From contig CAVVNF010000026.1 of the NCBI GenBank assembly GCA_963749535.1, positions 86,948 to 150,947 on the forward strand: a stretch of DNA of 64,000 nt. The letters run 5' to 3'. Both the position numbers and the translations under genes were made by a program. The stretch is from an uncultured Thermoleophilia bacterium. GTDB lineage: Bacteria; Actinomycetota; Thermoleophilia; RBG-16-64-13. Of the stretch, positions 30,068 to 40,555 are shown piece by piece; the stretch's first letter is position 1, and each line of letters begins with the position of its first letter. The notes under the pieces were generated by a model. It saw only the letters and a list, made by a program, of their open reading frames with translations. It searched no databases and was not told the origin of the DNA.

Positions 30068-30466
30068 ATGGAAAACGGCGACGTTCACGAGAAGTACGGC
30101 ACGATGGCCATCCGGGACAACCGTCTTGAGAGGTGGCCCAATCCCGCGCCGGAACGGCCATACCTCATCTCAATGGACATTCCGGAGTTCACATGCTTGT
30201 GCCCAAGGTCTGGCTACCCGGATTTCGCCCTCATCAAGATCCGGTACCAGCCCCGCGATTTCGTGGTGGAGCTGAAATCGCTGAAGTTGTACATCAACGG
30301 GTATCGCGATCGCCCCATCTCCCATGAGGCGGCGGCCAATCGGATCCTTGACGATCTGGTGAGTCTGCTCGATCCGCGATGGATGAGGGTGATCGCAGAT
30401 TTCACAGTTCGAGGCAATATCAAGACGGTGGTCAGGGCAGAGCACGGCTCCAGGGAGTGCGCATGA
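30068..30466 (+). CDS. queF: NADPH-dependent 7-cyano-7-deazaguanine reductase (unimodular QueF)
   Basis: QueF motif E-LKSLKLY and active-site Cys context CPRSGYPDF. The stop overlaps the queC start (ATGA). Confidence 0.85.
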   Translation: MENGDVHEKYGTMAIRDNRLERWPNPAPERPYLISMDIPEFTCLCPRSGYPDFALIKIRYQPRDFVVELKSLKLYINGYRDRPISHEAAANRILDDLVSLLDPRWMRVIADFTVRGNIKTVVRAEHGSRECA

Positions 30467-31170
30467 CTGCCGACGTGACACCGATGGTGAGCGGATCCGC
30501 TGAGCCGACGCACTGCCTGCTCTTGAGCGGCGGCCTTGACTCGACCACCTTGGCCGCGTGGCTCAGGGAGCAGCATTCGGGTGAGCCGGTCGAAGCGTTC
30601 ACGTTCCTCTACGGGCAGAAGCACGCGGTGGAGTTGGACGCGGCTCGCGCTGTGGCTGCAGTTTACGGGATGTCTCATCATCTCGTGGAATTGGCACCCA
30701 TCCGTGGATCGGCCCTCACCGACTCAGAGATCGCTTTGCCGGAAGACCGCGACTTGGCTGCGGTCGCTGGCGTGGCCCCGTCGTATGTGCCCGCGCGCAA
30801 CCTCCTCTTCCTGGCCCGCATGGCCAGCCTCCGCGATGCGTTCGGACCCGGCACCCTGTGGCTCGGCGTTCACCACGACGATCACACCGGGTATCCAGAC
30901 TGCCGACCCGAGTTCGTGGAGGCGGCCGATGGGGCCGTGCGACTGGGTACCCGGTATGGCTTGCGAGTTGCGGCACCCTTCGTCCACTGGTCAAAAGCAG
31001 AGATCATTCGCTGGGGACTCGAGCATCACGTGCCCTATGAGCTGACTCATTCGTGCTACCAGGGCCGTCGTCCCGCCTGTGGAGTCTGCGACACCTGCCA
31101 GGCCCGGCTGGCCGCATTCGCGGCCGCGGACGCCAATGACCCGATCGCCTACGCTTCTCGTGCGACTTAG
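30463..31170 (+). CDS. queC: 7-cyano-7-deazaguanine synthase
   Basis: PP-loop LLSGGLDSTT and C-terminal Zn-binding Cys (CYQG...CGVCDTC). Confidence 0.9.
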   Translation: MTADVTPMVSGSAEPTHCLLLSGGLDSTTLAAWLREQHSGEPVEAFTFLYGQKHAVELDAARAVAAVYGMSHHLVELAPIRGSALTDSEIALPEDRDLAAVAGVAPSYVPARNLLFLARMASLRDAFGPGTLWLGVHHDDHTGYPDCRPEFVEAADGAVRLGTRYGLRVAAPFVHWSKAEIIRWGLEHHVPYELTHSCYQGRRPACGVCDTCQARLAAFAAADANDPIAYASRAT

Positions 31171-31212
31171 CACCGAGCCGACCAGGCGGCGAAGCGCGAG
31201 CGGAGGAAGAGC

Positions 31213-31575
31213 ATGAAGACTTCAGTGACCTCTGTGACGACCTTCGCCGCCGCCCATCGCCTTCCGGACCACGAGGGGAAATGCCGTGATCTGCACGGTC
31301 ACACATATACGCTTGAGGTGAGCGTGAGCGGAGTCCCGGAGCGGGAGGGCCCGTCTGCGGGCATGGTGATGGACTTCAGCGATCTTCGCGAGCGGGTGAC
31401 GAAGCTCGCTCTTGAGCCTTTGGACCACAAGTTCCTCAACGAGGTCGTCGATTTTGTGCCGACGGTGGAAGCCATCGCCGGCTGGATCTTCGCCCGTCTT
31501 GAGTCGGCTGGGCTGCCGGTAGTCCGGGTTCGCCTGTATGAGGGGCCCAACAGCTATGCCGAAGTCAGCGCATAG
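31213..31575 (+). CDS. queD: 6-carboxy-5,6,7,8-tetrahydropterin synthase
   Basis: 6-pyruvoyl-tetrahydropterin synthase fold motif CRDLHGHTY, 120 aa. Confidence 0.85.
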   Translation: MKTSVTSVTTFAAAHRLPDHEGKCRDLHGHTYTLEVSVSGVPEREGPSAGMVMDFSDLRERVTKLALEPLDHKFLNEVVDFVPTVEAIAGWIFARLESAGLPVVRVRLYEGPNSYAEVSA

Positions 31576-31680
31576 GGCCCGAGTCCTCCGCACGTTACCG
31601 ATCGTGACGAACTTCCATCGAGATAGTCGGCACCGCGTTGATGAGACTCATCGCCTAGGTGCTCCCAAGGTCTGACCCTC

Positions 31681-32322
31681 ATGCCGATCCTCCGCGTGAT
31701 AGAGATCTTCGACTCCATTCAGGGAGAGGGGTATTGGTCGGGGGTTCCCATGACTTTCGTCCGCTTGGCGGGTTGCAACGCCCCGGAACTCGGTCTTTCC
31801 TGCGCGCGCTGGTGCGACACCCCGATGAGCTGGGACGAAGCGGGCGGCGAGGCGATCTCGGCGGCCGGGGTAGCCGCACGTGTCACCCTCCCCAGGGTCT
31901 GCGTCACCGGAGGAGAGCCGCTCCTCCAGCCCGGTGGACTGGTGCACTTGGTTCGTGAATTGCATCGCCGCGGGAGGAAAGTCCACCTGGAGACCAACGG
32001 GACGATCGGTCCAGAATCTCTCTTGGCTTCGGGGGACCCGGATACGGAGCCAGATTGGGTCGTAGTGAGTCCCAAGCCCCCCAGCTTCGCCATCTCCCTC
32101 GGCTGGAGCACATCAATCGACGAGTTGAAGATGGTCGCCGACGAGTATTTGGACAGCGAGCAAGCTGAGCGGCTCTCGTGCCTGGCCCCGGGCGCGATCG
32201 TCAGTGTTCAGCCGGAGTGGGGAGGGGGCCAGGAGGCTCGAGAGAGGGCGATCGCTCTCGTGATGTCGCATCCGGCCTGGAGACTTTCCGTCCAGGTGCA
32301 TAAACTATTGGGGTTGCCCTAA
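31681..32322 (+). CDS. queE: 7-carboxy-7-deazaguanine synthase (radical SAM)
   Basis: N-terminus EIFDSIQGEG...PMTFVRLAGCN and an extended Cys-X14-C-X2-C variant (CNAPELGLSCARWC). Confidence 0.8.
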   Translation: MPILRVIEIFDSIQGEGYWSGVPMTFVRLAGCNAPELGLSCARWCDTPMSWDEAGGEAISAAGVAARVTLPRVCVTGGEPLLQPGGLVHLVRELHRRGRKVHLETNGTIGPESLLASGDPDTEPDWVVVSPKPPSFAISLGWSTSIDELKMVADEYLDSEQAERLSCLAPGAIVSVQPEWGGGQEARERAIALVMSHPAWRLSVQVHKLLGLP

Positions 32323-32415
32323 CTCTTGGAAGCGCGTTTAGCAGAATGGGGAAGGACGACATTGTATATGTGAGTGTTCAGGTCGATCGGAAAAGCGCCA
32401 CGCAAGAGAGGCTAC

Positions 32416-34968
32416 ATGCGTCAGATCCACCAGTTCAGTGTCCATCCTGAGATTCCAGCAAGACTCTCCCGGCTCGAGGACTTGGCTTACAATCTGCGCT
32501 GGACGTGGGATAACCGGGCCTTCAAGCTCTTTCAGCATTTGGACCCCGAGATGCTGGAGAAGTCGGGTCACAACCCCGTTCTGATGCTGCGGCGTGTGTC
32601 GGGAGAGAGGCTGGAGCGCGCGGTTCGCGACTCGGCCTTTCTCGCGCATTTCGACCGTACCGTCGAAGACCTCGACGCCTACATGACCGAGCCGGGATGG
32701 TTCAAGCGCAAGTACCCAGAGCGGACCGATCTCCGGTTCGCGTACTTCTGCATGGAATATGGACTGGACGCCTGCCTCCCGATCTACTCGGGTGGCTTGG
32801 GCGTGCTGGCGGGCGATCACCTAAAGTCGGCCAGCGAATTGGATCTGCCTTTGGTGGCGGTGGGACTGCTCTACAAGAAGGGCTACTTCTTGCAGCGCCT
32901 GAACGTTGAAGGCTGGCAGTACGAGGACTACCGCCTCCATGATTTTTCGACACTTCCCGTCGCGGCGGTAACGGGCTCCGACGGCTCGCCCCTCAAGGTG
33001 AGCGTGGACATCGCGGGGCGCGCAGTCTGGGCCGCCGTGTGGTTGGCTCAGGTCGGCCGCATTCATCTTTACCTCCTGGACACGTCCTTGCCCGATAACG
33101 ACATCGCGGGACAACGGATCACGAGCGAGTTGTATGGCGGCGGTCCGGAGGAGCGTCTGGCGCAAGAGATGGTTCTTGGCATCGGCGGGATGAAGGCGCT
33201 CCACGCGCTGGGGATCGAACCTCAACTGTGCCATCTCAACGAGGGTCACACTGTTTTCGCGACGCTCGAGCGGATCCGGGGCCTTCGGGAAGCAGCGGGC
33301 CTCGGTTTTCGCGAGGCACGGCAGGTCACGGGAGCCGGGACGCTCTTCACTACACACACGCCGGTGCCCGCGGGCTTCGACCTCTTCGACAAGGACCTGC
33401 TGTCCAAGTACTTCTCGATCTATCTGGAGCAACTCGGGCTCGACATCGAAGAATTCGTGCGAATGGGAAAGGCGGACCCTGACGATGCGCACGAGCAGTT
33501 CAACGTTGCCGCCCTGGCGCTTCGCCAATCTCCGCGTCGCAATTCCGTCAGCCGGCTCCACCGCCGGGTCACCGGCCGGATGATGCAGTCCGCCTGGCCG
33601 GAGTTTCCCCGGACCGACCTTCCCATCGAGTCCATCACCAACGGGGTCCATACCCGGACGTGGGTGGCGCCGGAGATGGCTTTTCTGTTCGACAACTACT
33701 TGGGGCCGCGCTGGCGTGAAGACTGTGCCGAGCCGGAGTCATGGCAGGGTGTGGAGCGGATCCCGGATGTCGAGCTCTGGCACACGCACTCACGTCTCCG
33801 GGAACGTCTTGTGGCATATGTGCGCGAGCAAGTGCAGCTGCAGGCGCGACAGCGGCGGATGGGTGTCCCGTCGGGGCTTTCTCGTAGCCAACCGCTTCGG
33901 CCTGATACCCTCACCATCGGTTTCGCCAGGCGTTTTGCGACGTACAAACGCGCGACACTGTTGTTCCGGGATCTCCCGAGATTCCGTTCGCTCTTGCTCG
34001 ACGAGAAACGGCCGGTGCAGGTGATCTTCGCTGGGAAGGCACACCCGCGCGATGGCGCCGGCAAGGAGCTGATCCGGGAGATAGTCGACGTTGCTCAACG
34101 TGAAGGCTTGGCAGATCACGTGGTCATGTTGGAGGACTACGACCTTCGCAAGGCCTCCATGCTGGTCCAGGGCGTCGACGTGTGGCTCAACAACCCTCGT
34201 CGGCCCTACGAGGCGTGTGGAACAAGTGGGATGAAGGTTCTGCCGAATGGCGGCCTGAACGTGTCGGTCCTCGACGGGTGGTGGGCGGAGGCCTATCGCC
34301 CGGGTGTGGGCTGGGCCATAGGGGACGGAGAGGAGTTCGTCCACGCGGACTATCAGGACGAGGTCGACTCGGAGGCTCTCTACTCGCTGTTAGAGCAGGA
34401 GGTGGTCCCGCTCTTCTACGAGCGGGACGCGGACGGGCTCCCGCGCGGATGGATCACAATGATGAAGAACTCCATCCGGACGCTGGCTGCCGCATTTTCC
34501 AGCGATCGCATGGTAAAGGCCTACGTTGAACGCTTCTACGTCCCGGCGGCCGATCACTACGACCGCCTGGCTGCCGACGATTTCGCCAAGGCAAGGGAAT
34601 TGGCCGCCTGGAAAGCCAAGGTGCGCGGCGCCTGGCCGCAGATCGCGGTTGTCTCGGTAGAGAGCGCTGGCGGGACAGATATGGCGGTCGGAGATGTGCT
34701 GCAGCTCACTGCTAGGATCAGGCTGGGTTCGCTCGATCCTTCTGAAGTGGCAGTCGAGGCGTATTATGGCCCTCTCCGCGCGGATGGCGCGCTGAGTTCG
34801 GGCCGTGAAGTCCCACTGACGTGGACCGGTTGCGACGGCGACCAGCACATCTTTCGTGGCGAGGTGCCCGGGCGAGCCTCTGGACTGCATGGCTACGCCG
34901 TAAGGGTGCTGCCTCGCCACGATGACGTTCTCATACCGAATGAGTTGCCACTTATCGCCTGGGAGTGA
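32416..34968 (+). CDS. glgP: Alpha-glucan phosphorylase (GT35, GlgP/alpha-glucan family)
   Basis: About 850 aa with family-typical blocks (LAYNLRWTWD, EYGLDACLPIYSGGLGVLAGDHLKSASELDLPLVAVGLLY, GTSGMKVLPNGGLNVSVLDGWW). Confidence 0.9.
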   Translation: MRQIHQFSVHPEIPARLSRLEDLAYNLRWTWDNRAFKLFQHLDPEMLEKSGHNPVLMLRRVSGERLERAVRDSAFLAHFDRTVEDLDAYMTEPGWFKRKYPERTDLRFAYFCMEYGLDACLPIYSGGLGVLAGDHLKSASELDLPLVAVGLLYKKGYFLQRLNVEGWQYEDYRLHDFSTLPVAAVTGSDGSPLKVSVDIAGRAVWAAVWLAQVGRIHLYLLDTSLPDNDIAGQRITSELYGGGPEERLAQEMVLGIGGMKALHALGIEPQLCHLNEGHTVFATLERIRGLREAAGLGFREARQVTGAGTLFTTHTPVPAGFDLFDKDLLSKYFSIYLEQLGLDIEEFVRMGKADPDDAHEQFNVAALALRQSPRRNSVSRLHRRVTGRMMQSAWPEFPRTDLPIESITNGVHTRTWVAPEMAFLFDNYLGPRWREDCAEPESWQGVERIPDVELWHTHSRLRERLVAYVREQVQLQARQRRMGVPSGLSRSQPLRPDTLTIGFARRFATYKRATLLFRDLPRFRSLLLDEKRPVQVIFAGKAHPRDGAGKELIREIVDVAQREGLADHVVMLEDYDLRKASMLVQGVDVWLNNPRRPYEACGTSGMKVLPNGGLNVSVLDGWWAEAYRPGVGWAIGDGEEFVHADYQDEVDSEALYSLLEQEVVPLFYERDADGLPRGWITMMKNSIRTLAAAFSSDRMVKAYVERFYVPAADHYDRLAADDFAKARELAAWKAKVRGAWPQIAVVSVESAGGTDMAVGDVLQLTARIRLGSLDPSEVAVEAYYGPLRADGALSSGREVPLTWTGCDGDQHIFRGEVPGRASGLHGYAVRVLPRHDDVLIPNELPLIAWE

Positions 34969-36292
34969 GCGTCGACGTTCGCTGTCTGACGAGCACCCCG
35001 CTTGTGGACGACAGGGAAAGACAGAGTCACTGGCCACTTTCGAACTGTCGCTGTTGGGCTTGTCTTGACGGTCGACCATCGATGGGATTCCCGCGAGGTG
35101 GAACCGGTTAGGCCGCTCGTGCTCAGGCGAGTCGTGGCCAAGGCGGTTCTAGGTTCATACCAGCGCGGACTTGCTCACCCAACCACGCGCGTCGCACTGC
35201 GTTCACGCCAGGGTCTCGGAGGTGGGCGCCCGCCTGAACTAACCGGGTCTTGAACATGCGGCCCCCGTGTCGTTGCCGTTTCAACTCCGCTCAGTCATCG
35301 TTAGTCCAGACTCTGTAGCCCGCACCCAGGGTGGGCCAACAGAAGATCCGCTTCGACAAGGCCATGCGAGACGAGTCGGGCCAAGCATGATCGGCGGACC
35401 GATGGTGGAAGGTCCAACTCCTTCTGCAACTGGATCTCGGACACTTCGGCCTCGGCATTGACCCTATAGACGCTACAGACCAAGCGGAGGATTTCTCCGC
35501 AATCCTTGGGGAGCGCGTTCAAGTTCACCCGATGGCCCTCTCTTTCCCTGCTGGAGCGCGCCGTATGACCGCAGGATTGCTGTGCGGATTTCCCGCGCCC
35601 AGATTCTACCTCGAAGAGAAGGAAACTCACCGGTGTAAGGCGCGCTGTCACAAAGCACCCCATCACGAAGCGTCATGCCTATCCGCATCGTCGGGTTGCG
35701 CTCTCTCACGGTGCGGTTCGACTCAAACAAAAACTCTATTACAAGATTACTGTCATATTATTCTCTTGTGACAACACAGGCTGCATTCCTAAAATGATTA
35801 TCGTCCTAAACATCGCAGCACGGCTGATCGTGCTAGAAGAATTATTGCGCAATGAATGAAAACCAGAGCAGAAGTATGATGCAAGACTTATTTGCGTAGA
35901 CAACCCCATATGACTCAAACACGTATGCGCTCAGTTCACAAGTGTTGACAGGGATATGACTTAAAGCTACCCTGTAAAAGCAAGCGTGTAAACCATACGC
36001 TGGCGTTTGAGGCAAGCCTGAATGGGAGGCTTGGCATTCAAGTTGGGCGATTCGGCGGGTGAATGGGAGCCGGCGAGTCGGCCTGAGAGGAGAAGGGAGA
36101 ATCTGGGCAAACTCGGCGCGTCCAGGCTGGTCCACGAGCCGCGTTGCGGGCTTGACACCGTCTGCGCCACCTGAGAGGAGATTGAGAGATGTCGTATAAG
36201 ACGTTTTAGCCTCCCCAAGCTAGGAAGGCGCTAAAGCTCCGTCGCGCGTGGCCGATAGGTAGAGTTGACTTCTACCTAAGAGTTGGTGGCGC

Positions 36293-37693
36293 GTGAGCAA
36301 GAGTGAAAGCGCTGGTTATTCTGGCCCGAGCCATGCAGCTACTCTGTCGAAGAGAGCGAGTTGGCTCGGGCTCTATGTTGCCGCTCTCGGAGCAATATGC
36401 TTCGCACTGCTACTAGCTCTCGTCTATTTGCAGTTCTTCTCGAACTTGCTTTACCTCCCACGCTTGTCGGTCATTGGTTTCGTTTTCTTTGTGGTCTTGG
36501 CGGCATTTGCAGAGAAATACACGGTCCAGGTGGGACCCTCCGCCGAGGTGTCCGCGACCTTCTTGGCGTATTTTCTCAGTGCTGCCCTACTTGGTCCCCT
36601 AGCAAGCTTTCTCGTCGCGGTGGTCGGACAGGTGATGTTCTTCCGACGCGGGCAATGGACCAGGAATCTCTGCTTTGCCTCGTCCCTGGGGCTTGCCTCT
36701 GGGATCGCCGCTCTAGTCTACTGGATCATCCCCTCCTTGTTTGCGAATACCGCCGCATATCTCGCCGTGAGCGGGGTGGTCGCCGGAATCGTATACCAAT
36801 TGGTGAACTTCCTGGTATTCGTGCCAGTTGCGAGACTCCGCAGGGGCTTGGGAGCTGCAGGCGTCTGGAAGGAGGGTTTTCAGCCATTTCTCCCCTTCCA
36901 CTTCTTCTTCTTGTTTGTCAGCCTTGGACTTATATACATCTTCAATCTGTCTCGCAATACGCTCGCGTTCATGCTTTTCTTTCTGCCGGTCATCGGCCTG
37001 GTCTATGCGTTCCGTAACTACTCGAGCGAGCGGGAACTCGCTCGCAGGCTTGAGCGCTTTTCGCTGCAAATGGCAGCGAGCATGATCACCGCGCTGGACC
37101 TAAAAGACAATTACACCGCGCAACACTCCGCCGCCGTTGCCCAGTACTCGCTCGACATCGCGCGAGCTCTCAAGCTAAGCGATCGCGATTGCAACCTTGC
37201 CCATCTCGCCGGCTTGCTCCACGACCTCGGCAAGATCAGCGTTCCTGACGACGTTCTGAATGCCACTGGCAAACTCGATGCAAGCGAGTGGGCTCTCATC
37301 GAGACTCACTGTCAAGCGGGCCAGAAGATACTCGGCAACATGACGGAGTTCGACGAACTCTCCCAGATCGTTCTTCATCACCACGAGCGTTTCGACGGGA
37401 AGGGGTACCCGCTGGGCGTCTCCGGCGAGGCGATCCCGCTCATAAGTCGCATCGTGTGCGTGGCGGACAGCTACTCGGCTATGGTCTCCGACCGTCCGTA
37501 TAGGGCTCGCTTGTCGACAGAGTTCGCGAAGTCAGAGGTGGCCAAGATGCGAGGTACCCAGTTCGATCCGGAGATCGGGACAGCCTTCGTGAAGGTGCTT
37601 GAAGAGCATGACGAGCGATATCGCCGTGCGGAGCTCGATGATTTCCGCGTCCAATTCCAGAAAGTCAAGTTCCTTCGCGAACTAGCTGCCTGA
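36293..37693 (+). CDS. Membrane-anchored HD-GYP domain c-di-GMP phosphodiesterase (polytopic N-terminal sensor plus HD-GYP)
   Basis: About 230 aa of TM helices followed by HD...HHERFDGKGYP. The GTG start follows the low-GC island. Confidence 0.8.
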   Translation: MSKSESAGYSGPSHAATLSKRASWLGLYVAALGAICFALLLALVYLQFFSNLLYLPRLSVIGFVFFVVLAAFAEKYTVQVGPSAEVSATFLAYFLSAALLGPLASFLVAVVGQVMFFRRGQWTRNLCFASSLGLASGIAALVYWIIPSLFANTAAYLAVSGVVAGIVYQLVNFLVFVPVARLRRGLGAAGVWKEGFQPFLPFHFFFLFVSLGLIYIFNLSRNTLAFMLFFLPVIGLVYAFRNYSSERELARRLERFSLQMAASMITALDLKDNYTAQHSAAVAQYSLDIARALKLSDRDCNLAHLAGLLHDLGKISVPDDVLNATGKLDASEWALIETHCQAGQKILGNMTEFDELSQIVLHHHERFDGKGYPLGVSGEAIPLISRIVCVADSYSAMVSDRPYRARLSTEFAKSEVAKMRGTQFDPEIGTAFVKVLEEHDERYRRAELDDFRVQFQKVKFLRELAA

Positions 37694-37865
37694 TCACTGG
37701 GTCCGGCGAGCGACCCTGAGCTCTGCGCTTCTGGCCGCGCCGATCAATCTGGTTGCTCGTCGAGGATATGATGGCGACTACCCGAATGTTCTCATGTTAG
37801 GCTTGAGCCGCGCTCACGTCCGGTGGCGCTTATCTGGGAGGGACGCACGCCAGCTAGGGAAATCA

Positions 37866-39106
37866 TGCAGAGCCGCCTGCTCGGCCGAATACTGACCGCC
37901 CAGGGGCTTTCCAGCCTGGGTACATCCATATCGACCGTGGCCATTGCGTTCATGGTTTATAAGATCACCGGGTCTGTGCTCCAGATGGGTGGCATCCTCG
38001 CGGTCTCGACGTTTCCTCTGATTGTAATGAGCTTCGTCGGTGGAGCGTTCGTCGATCGCTTCAGCGGGCGCAATCTCATGGTCGCTGCCGATCTGGCCCG
38101 CGCGGTGCTCATCTTGTTGATGCCTTTTGTGGCCCGGCACTCCACCGTGGACATATATCTGGTCGCCGGCCTGATAGGGGTGTTCTCGGCGGTCTTCAAC
38201 CCCAGCCAGGTCAAAGTGATCGGCGAACTCATCGCGCGAGACCGTTTGGTACAAGCCAATTCCTACCTTAGTGTCTCCCAAAATGGGGCTGAGCTTATCG
38301 GGTATCTCGCGGGCGCGACCTTGGTGACTCTAGTTGGCTATACATTGAGTTTCGCCATAGACGCAGTCAGCTACCTGCTGTCGGCTCTCCTCCTGGTCGG
38401 CTTGCCGCGGGTCGTGCCGCGTTTGCAGCGGAGCACCGGACTTGGGACTCTCATTGCCGAGTCACCGGCAGTGCTCGCCCATCTGTGGAGGGACCGTCGT
38501 CTGAGGACGAATCTTCTCTTAGCGGTGTTCCCTGCGGCCGTGATCATGATGAATGTACCCAACGGCTACTTCCTTGCCTTGGCAGCTTTCAAAGGGTACC
38601 CAGGGCCGGGCTTAGGCGCTCTGGAGGTGATCACAGCCTCCGGCTTCATCGTCGGTGGGCTAGTGGTGAGCCGCCTGAAACTCGGCGGCGACAAGAACCG
38701 ATACGTTGCTGTATCGCTGCTGTGGATGGCGATCTGTCTGCTCGGGGTCAGCCTGACTCACTATTTCTGGCTACAGGTGGGGCTCATCGGATTGGGAGCG
38801 CTTGGCAACGCCGGCCTTCTCGTGTCCTCGATCACGATGTTCCAGGAGTTGGGCCAAAGAGCGGACAAGGGTCGCCTCATCGCTGTGAGGGCTGGTTTCG
38901 GCCAGATGGGTGCCGCGGGCGGCTTTCTTCTGGGAGGGGCCTTGGGCTCGATCATTGGGATACCGCGAGTCTTCATGCTGATCGGCGTTCTCAGCATAGG
39001 TCTGACCTGTCTCATCTACATACCGTATGCTGTCAGAGTCCGCCGAGCACTCGCGGACGTAGTGGAACTAGGGGCTATAGAGGTCCCAGGCTTGGAGGAG
39101 GACTAG
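37866..39106 (+). CDS. MFS transporter (EntS/DHA3-like)
   Basis: 12-TM hydrophobicity pattern and MFS-like loop motifs. The track ORF begins at 37823; ATG at 37866 has an AGGGA RBS. Confidence 0.7.
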
Positions 39107-39906
39107 TGGAGCCGACACGCGTGGGCGGGACCGCCCTCAAGAATGGGCTAGTGCTTCAGACGGAGCGGTTCTGGGCTGCAGCGGTCAGGGATCGAGACGG
39201 AATGACCCGGGTCGCCTCCGGTCGCAGACGTAGCCTCGTGGGGTCTGCCACAGCGCGTGTGCCTGTACTCGGCGGCCTGGCCAGGTTTGGCGAGGGCCTT
39301 TTCACACTGGCCCAGGTGCGAGCGCGGCTGGGGTCCGGGGTGCTACCGCTCGAGGCCACCCGCATCGCCGCCGCCCTGGCGGGCTCGCTCGTCGCCACGT
39401 CCGTGGTGCGAGCGGTCGCTCCGAAGTCAGCTTTCGTGCAGGAGGCCGGCACAGCCCTTGCGGCGTTCGTTCCCGCGATCCTAGTGCTCAAGGATTCTCC
39501 GATAGCTGCCTACCACGGTGCCGAGCATAGACTTATCGGGGGCCGTGAGGCCAACCCCGAAGACCCCCTGCGAGGAGAAGCGCCCAAGGAGCACGACCGT
39601 TGCGGATCCAACCTACTCGGACCTTATCTGACGGCCACCGTCGTCACGAACTGGGCTGCGCGTCGCGCGCTCGGCGGTCACACTGCTGCGGGCTCCGCGG
39701 TCGCGGGTGTCGTGAGTCTTGGCACTGCGCTGGAGGCTCTGCGTTGGGCGAACAGGCACAAAGGTTCTCCTGTCTCACGGATGCTCATGGCCCCCGGGCG
39801 CTTCGTCCAACGCCATATCACGACAGTCGAACCGACTGCCGCTCAAATGGAAGTGGGGCAGCAGGCGATGGGAGAGTTGCTGCGGCTTGAGGCGTCCGTT
39901 TCTTGA
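39106..39906 (+). CDS. DUF1385 (YqhQ-like) family protein
   Basis: Conserved YHGAEHRLI and HDRCGS motifs typical of DUF1385. The GTG start overlaps the MFS stop (taGTG). Confidence 0.55.
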   Translation: MEPTRVGGTALKNGLVLQTERFWAAAVRDRDGMTRVASGRRRSLVGSATARVPVLGGLARFGEGLFTLAQVRARLGSGVLPLEATRIAAALAGSLVATSVVRAVAPKSAFVQEAGTALAAFVPAILVLKDSPIAAYHGAEHRLIGGREANPEDPLRGEAPKEHDRCGSNLLGPYLTATVVTNWAARRALGGHTAAGSAVAGVVSLGTALEALRWANRHKGSPVSRMLMAPGRFVQRHITTVEPTAAQMEVGQQAMGELLRLEASVS

Positions 39907-40028
39907 TCGGGGAAGCACGTTCCTGGCTGCGTGGTTGACCTGTCGTGTGCCGACGGACTTCCCGCCCACATGTTGCTTGCGGTCCATCTTGGTACCGCGG
40001 AGTGGGGCAGCTGTCCGCCGACCTGAGC

Positions 40029-40529
40029 CTAGGTCGAGTCGCCCTGTTGGATCTTGCGGAAGGCGAGGCCTATCACTTCCCAAGCGCGTTCGAGAGACTG
40101 AGGGACTACGCGGACGTCGGCCAGTACCGGCATGAAGTTCGTGTCACCTGCCCAGCGGGGCACTACATGCAAGTGTAGATGGTCTTTGATCCCCGCTCCT
40201 GCCGCGGCCCCAAGGTTAAAGCCCATATTGAACCCATCAGGGCCCATCGCCAGCTTCAGAGCCCGAGTGGCATCCTGGCAGAGCTCCATCATCTCCACAA
40301 GGGTCTCCAGGGGTAACTCGTCCAGTTCCGAAAGGTGTGCGTATGGAGCGATCATTAGATGGCCGTTGTTATATGGGAACGCATTGAGTAGCACGAAGGA
40401 ATGGACACCGCGCCGGAGGATGTGATTCGCGCGGTCGTTTTCCTCCAGAGGTTTGTCACAGAAGATGCACCCGCCAGATTTTTCCCCTGCGATGTACTCC
40501 AACCGCCAGGGAGCCCAAAGTCTTTCCAC
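40029..40529 (-). CDS. HIT family hydrolase
   Basis: Histidine triad HLHLHVVPR, 166 aa. Confidence 0.85.
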   Translation of the reverse strand: MERLWAPWRLEYIAGEKSGGCIFCDKPLEENDRANHILRRGVHSFVLLNAFPYNNGHLMIAPYAHLSELDELPLETLVEMMELCQDATRALKLAMGPDGFNMGFNLGAAAGAGIKDHLHLHVVPRWAGDTNFMPVLADVRVVPQSLERAWEVIGLAFRKIQQGDST

Positions 40530-40555
40530 TAGCTCTCCTTAGGCCGCCATTCCCG

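Noticed and set aside
35301-35666. 121-aa minus-strand ORF with a weak wHTH-like segment (LARLVSHGLVEAD)
   Set aside because: No start-site support, biased composition, and the HTH resemblance is too weak. It is treated as non-coding.
36060-36160. c-di-GMP-I (GEMM) riboswitch upstream of the HD-GYP gene
   Set aside because: A GGCAAAC motif is present, but the GNRA tetraloop/receptor arrangement and the conserved GGACGCAAAGCC block were not found by eye. It is retained only as a hypothesis within the low-GC island finding.
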